Made by a program: the position numbers and the translations under genes
Shown here: positions 59,814 to 64,000 of the stretch, piece after piece
How positions within the stretch are numbered: position 1 is the first letter of the stretch
Layout of the letters: the number at the start of each line of letters is the position of its first letter
NCBI GenBank assembly: GCA_965214605.1
Contig: OZ243961.1
Span: forward strand, 672,001 to 736,000
Length of the DNA: 64,000 nucleotides
Direction of reading: 5' to 3'
Source of the DNA: an uncultured Candidatus Binatia bacterium
GTDB lineage: Bacteria; Desulfobacterota; Binatia; Bin18
Notes under the pieces: generated by a model
Seen by the model: the letters and a program-made list of their open reading frames with translations, nothing else
The model's database searches: none
What the model was told of the DNA's origin: nothing

Positions 59814-60875
59814 CTACTCGGTCAGAGACTGCCTTATACCCAACAGATCCCCCATTCTTTGCTCGTCCAGAAGAAACTGGAGACATACGGGAACGGGGGC
59901 ATCTCCGTTTTGGAAGAGCTGAACGCGAGCTCCAATCTCGTTCCCCAACACCGCGTTGTTAAAGACGATTACGCCATTGAGACGAGTTAGGGCATCACAA
60001 AACGTTCCGGTATTTTTTATGTTCCCTTCCTGGTCTAGGCCGAACAACATTTGGGGTACATCGCCCCATGAAAGCTCGCTACTGGCCGCATTCACCGCTA
60101 CCAGGAACGGCCTTCCTCGAAAGTTGGCACCTCCCCAATGCTTTGCTTTCCTGCAAAGGGAAGCAGCAAGATGGCGCTTCCCGTCCATCGCACCACCGCG
60201 TTCTAGTCCCCATACACGGCCTCTTGATGACGTCGGAGGACCAAGTTGGATCTCTAACGTCCAGTCACCCTCGTTGATTTCAATAGAAGGACATCCTGCA
60301 AAGCCATATAGATAGTATGCTTTCTCAATGTCGGCAACAGAATGGTCTTTCAGCAGCTTTTGTATGGGTTTGACGACTCGGTTAGCGGCCAACGTCTTTT
60401 GCAGTTTTTGCAGTGTCCCTCTTTTGCGGGAGAGATAGATATTGACTGGTGGATCCAGGAACTCTCTTTTCACCTTCTCTACAACGTCCTCCTCGTTCGA
60501 ATTGGGGTCGAGGTAACTTTTTCCCAGTCCACTCACAGTAGCCTCGATGTAGAATGCCTCATCGGCATCTTTAGCGAGAAAGTCAATCTTGTTGTCTCTG
60601 CATACGAAGTCTGGCTCGATTTCGACCAAGCACCCAATTCTTCGCAGAATGATGTAAACCTGCAGCTCGAAGAGAGCTCCCTGAAAGTTGTCATCTTTTT
60701 TCAGCCGACTTTTAATTCCATGCTGTTTGCTACACGGCAATTCTCTGAACCACTACTCGATCCATTGCCGCCTTATCAAGTCAGCTGGACGGTTCGACCA
60801 TTGCAGGCGGTCAAAGATGGTTTTCCCATGTTCGCTCTTTCCGCCTATTTGTTTAACATCTTCAAAAAGAGTCAT
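59814..60875 (-). pseudogene. PD-(D/E)xK-like hypothetical protein interrupted by a single in-frame TAG (60753-60755)
   Basis: ORFs 60753-60944 and 59814-60740 share one frame: MTLFED..RRQWIE*WFRELP..ALFEL..EIEP..KIDF..FYIEAT. Confidence 0.7.
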
Positions 60876-61166
60876 ATGTTCGCGTCCCCTTCTCTCATGT
60901 CTCTCACATAGCGTAGCGCTCCGACATATTCTCGCTCCAGACAAATAAACCTGTTCTCATCCGAGTCAGATCAAAAGTTCGCTTCTCATCTATGACGGCA
61001 GACGGGTGATTCCCGCAGTTCCCACTTCTGGTCTGGAAGCGGCGTCAAGGTCGTGCCCGGACGAGCGCTGGCATGCGATCAAGGAGTGCTTCTAAAGCAC
61101 GCCTCTGCCGGCGCAAAACTTTCCCCTTCTCCGGGCGGCGTACGGCTGTTCGCAGCGCAGCCCCTC

Positions 61167-62231
61167 CTAATCCGTGGCGGCAAGCGCAGGCTGCTGGATC
61201 TCGAGTTGGGCATATATCCTCCCTAGGTGCGGTATGATCTTGGTGGCGAACATTTCTATGTTCTTCAGCGTCTTGTCGTGCGGCATGTTGCCAAAGTACA
61301 ACAGAACCGGTCTCACTCCAAAGCCGAGCGTTTCCGTCGCATGCTCCAAGCGCTGACACATGGTGTCCACCTACCCGCAATGTAGAAGCCCCAAGTGATA
61401 CGGCCGCGGGAGATGCTCGGCCCTTCCTTGGCCTTGGCGTTCGTGTCGGCCACATACACCGGATAGACATGGCCAAGCCGGTAGAGCGAGGACGTGTCAC
61501 CGAACTTTTCGGGACGCTCGCGAGAACATGTCGAAATACCTCTTGATCAGCTTTTCCGGCAGATACACGGCTAGATAGGTATGCTTCCGGTCCGGGTTGG
61601 GGGTGTACATCACTCAATCGTCCCAGAACAGCCACAATTCGGAATCCAGATCTTTAATAGCTGTTGCAGCGGTCAGGGTCAGACGGGAGCATAATGGACT
61701 TTAAAGCGCTTGCCCTACCAGGAGAAGGGTCCGGGGTCGGTCCAGGTCCTGAGAATCAGGTCATGGGCCTCACGAAAACGGTTCATCAAACAGCCGGGGT
61801 TAATGCCCATTGAGAAGTACTCGTGGCCGATACCGCGCCCGAAACCGCAAATGACTCGTCCGCCGGTGACTACGTCTAGCATAGCTGCTTCCTCAGCTAC
61901 CCGCAGCGGAGGCGCGAGGGGAGGCCATCGCCGACAATCGCAATGCTGAGCCGCGAGGTGCGTCGCGCCAGCATGCTTCTATAATGTTGGGAGCCGACAT
62001 CGTACCATAGGCGTTCTGGTGGTGCTCGTTGACGCACGGGCCGTGAAAGCCCAGCGTTTCGGCGCACTCCAGCTCGTCCAGATACCGGTTGGACAAATAC
62101 TGGCCCTCCGCCGGGTTATAACGGTCGTTGGATAGCGTGACTCAGGCCAACGGATACCTCTGTCTGGCAGGGCGACAAAGTCTTGGGGAGGAGAGGGTTA
62201 CGGCATGGGATGAAATGCGTAGAACTCCAGG
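61167..62231 (-). pseudogene. Decayed LLM class flavin-dependent oxidoreductase
   Basis: Fragments EFYAFHPMP*, NRYLDELECAETLGFHGPCVNEHHQNAYGTM, AMLDVVTGGRVICGF, EAHDLILRTWTDPGPF, FGNMPHDKTLKNIEMFATKIIPHL across several frames. Confidence 0.85.
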
Positions 62232-62233
62232 AC

Positions 62234-63580
62234 TCACTCCTCGCTGACCCTCGGCTCATTACCAGCCACAAGGCTTGTTTCAAACACAATCCGCCCTTCT
62301 CGCTCCTGAGCCGCAATACGGGCCTCCAGATCCGCCCCGAGCTGGATCTTCCGCTGCTGTGGAAACTTGTCCCGTTCTAGCGGCGGGCGGAGATAAAACT
62401 CGTCCGGTGAATTGAGCGCCATCATGCCCTTGGGCGGCTCCAAGAACCACTCGCGGCGCATAAAGCCGGGACTGAAGAAAACCTGCCTGTCCTCGTCTGA
62501 CCATTGACGGTTGAGAATACCATGGATAGAGGCTTGGAGCAGATCAATCGGAATGTCCCACCACAGGTCGAACAGCACAGCATAGCCGTGATCGCCGAGC
62601 TGAGGATTGGCCTGTACGCCGGTCCGGGCATTGATAAAAGCCAGCGTCCCCTCCCGATCGTACTCTTCGATACGCAATGGAAAAAAAGACTGCTGATCAA
62701 CCCAATAGATCAGCTTGCTCATATAGTAATTGGCGTGCCAGTCTTTTTTGGGAATAGACTCCAGAACATAACAAGGGACCCCGCCATCTTCGGTGTACAG
62801 CGGATAATCTGGCCCCATGAGTTTAACATCCGCAGCGTGGACATCAATGTAGTTGCCTTCGGTATCGGTCAGCACCGCGGTTTGTCTGGTCACCGGAAAC
62901 CGCACGGTTTCATACAGCGTATCGACGCCTAAAATCTGCCACTCAAATTCCCAGGCATCCCGACCAATCAGGTCGTCAAAGGTCGCAGCCCCGTTGGGCA
63001 AGCGGTCTTCACGCCGGGGCGCAGGTTGACGTCGAATGCGACGCATCGAAGGCGAGTAGGCAAACAGCTCGACCTTGGTGGGAAAGGTCTGGTCGGTCCG
63101 GTAGCCGATAAACAACGTCTGGGTGCCGTAGCGCTCGGCCGGAGAAACGGCTTGTGACAGCCAGCGGAAGATTTCTTCGCCCGGTTCGGTGTTATACAGA
63201 TGCTCGACAAAACCGCCCGCGGGCAAGTATAAAATAGGAATAATCGACACTCGCTGGTCCATAAAGCCAGAGCCGGTAAGTGTTGTGGCGATATCAATCA
63301 GCGTGCTGTTCCAGTACGGAGAGTGCGGGTACTCCATGGACCGGATGCCCATCTCCTCTGCGCTATAAGGCGCTTCAAACGGAAATTTTTCAGCTGGCAG
63401 ATAGGGTACCTGGGCGTCGCGAGGGGTCGTGGTGCGCAGGTCGATCCTGGCCTTTTCTTGAGCCGACAGCTCCTCCACAGTCCGCCAGGTCCGAGGTGGC
63501 GTATCTTGGGCCAGCACCCAGGCTGGACACACTGCAAGGCTGAGGAGGGTTAACCCCCAGACACGGTCTACCCAGATCAC
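62234..63580 (-). CDS. Exported DUF1329-like (outer-membrane lipoprotein-sorting fold) protein
   Basis: Signal peptide; YSPSMRRIRRQP..FDD..GRDAWEFEW, CYVLESIP, YYMSKLIYWVD..RIEEYD. Confidence 0.7.
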   Translation of the reverse strand: MIWVDRVWGLTLLSLAVCPAWVLAQDTPPRTWRTVEELSAQEKARIDLRTTTPRDAQVPYLPAEKFPFEAPYSAEEMGIRSMEYPHSPYWNSTLIDIATTLTGSGFMDQRVSIIPILYLPAGGFVEHLYNTEPGEEIFRWLSQAVSPAERYGTQTLFIGYRTDQTFPTKVELFAYSPSMRRIRRQPAPRREDRLPNGAATFDDLIGRDAWEFEWQILGVDTLYETVRFPVTRQTAVLTDTEGNYIDVHAADVKLMGPDYPLYTEDGGVPCYVLESIPKKDWHANYYMSKLIYWVDQQSFFPLRIEEYDREGTLAFINARTGVQANPQLGDHGYAVLFDLWWDIPIDLLQASIHGILNRQWSDEDRQVFFSPGFMRREWFLEPPKGMMALNSPDEFYLRPPLERDKFPQQRKIQLGADLEARIAAQEREGRIVFETSLVAGNEPRVSEE

Positions 63581-64000
63581 GGCACCTTAATCCCCGTCAC
63601 ACCAAGCGGAGTCTCAAAGACGAGATGTCCGGCCGCCTCCTGGGCCCGGATGCGGGCGGCTACCTCGGGCGCCAGCATGATTGTCCGGTCTTGCGGGAAT
63701 TTTTCCAGGTAGAGCCGGGGGCGTAGATAAAACTCGACCGGTGTATTCACCAGGGTCTGGGTTTTCAAGGGATGCATGAGCCAGCCCCGTCTCATGAAAT
63801 CTGGACTAAACGCGACCTCTTTATCCTTGGCCGACCATTCTTTCACCAGGTGGGCATCGTGGATGCTATAGCTCATTAGATCAAGTGACACATCGTAGTA
63901 CAGTGTCATCAGCGCGGCGTAGCCTTTGTCCTCCAGCTCCGGATTATCCTGCCTGGCGATCCGGACCTCAACAACCTGAAGCTGTCCATCGGCATTGTAC
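63577..64000 (-). CDS. Second DUF1329-like paralog (3' part; runs off window end)
   Basis: C-terminus FSPDFMRRGW..EFYLRP.L..KFP..R.I.L..ARI.AQE..G..VFET parallels the downstream paralog. Confidence 0.75.
   Translation of the reverse strand, partial: YNADGQLQVVEVRIARQDNPELEDKGYAALMTLYYDVSLDLMSYSIHDAHLVKEWSAKDKEVAFSPDFMRRGWLMHPLKTQTLVNTPVEFYLRPRLYLEKFPQDRTIMLAPEVAARIRAQEAAGHLVFETPLGVTGIKVP

Noticed and set aside
17276-64000. Prophage, integrase or IS element downstream of tRNA-Phe
   Set aside because: No integrase, transposase, phage structural gene or tRNA-end direct repeat was recognised.

Overview
A moderately GC-rich bacterial chromosomal window. The gene repertoire suggests a deltaproteobacteria-like (possibly Binatota-type) organism; that placement is inference only. 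Bases 1-17 kb are housekeeping: partial rpsB, rho, rluD-like, ribF, a complete tol-pal operon, gap-tpiA-secG, tRNA-Leu(GAG), an M16 peptidase, prmA, rsmE, gshB and tRNA-Phe(GAA). From 17 to 64 kb the window mixes accessory genes with decayed ones. It holds a long minus-strand catabolic cluster (TetR, TPP lyase, BbsEF-like CoA-transferase pair, amidohydrolase, VOC, LLM monooxygenase, methyltransferase, hydantoinase B, Mo-bisPGD S/N-oxide reductase). It also holds degP, mutM, GST, apgM, lon, galU, an M16 pair, a BVMO and tandem DUF1329-like genes. Pseudogenes missed by the ORF track include a sulfite oxidase, DUF2203, an LLM, toxin-antitoxin remnants and an amber-interrupted PD-(D/E)xK-like nuclease. 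The most unusual element is a cas-less CRISPR-like mini-array at 39165-39378. It has three 28-29 nt repeats with 32-33 nt unique spacers, and a fourth degenerate copy that is the conserved 3' coding end of a secreted polysaccharide deacetylase gene.
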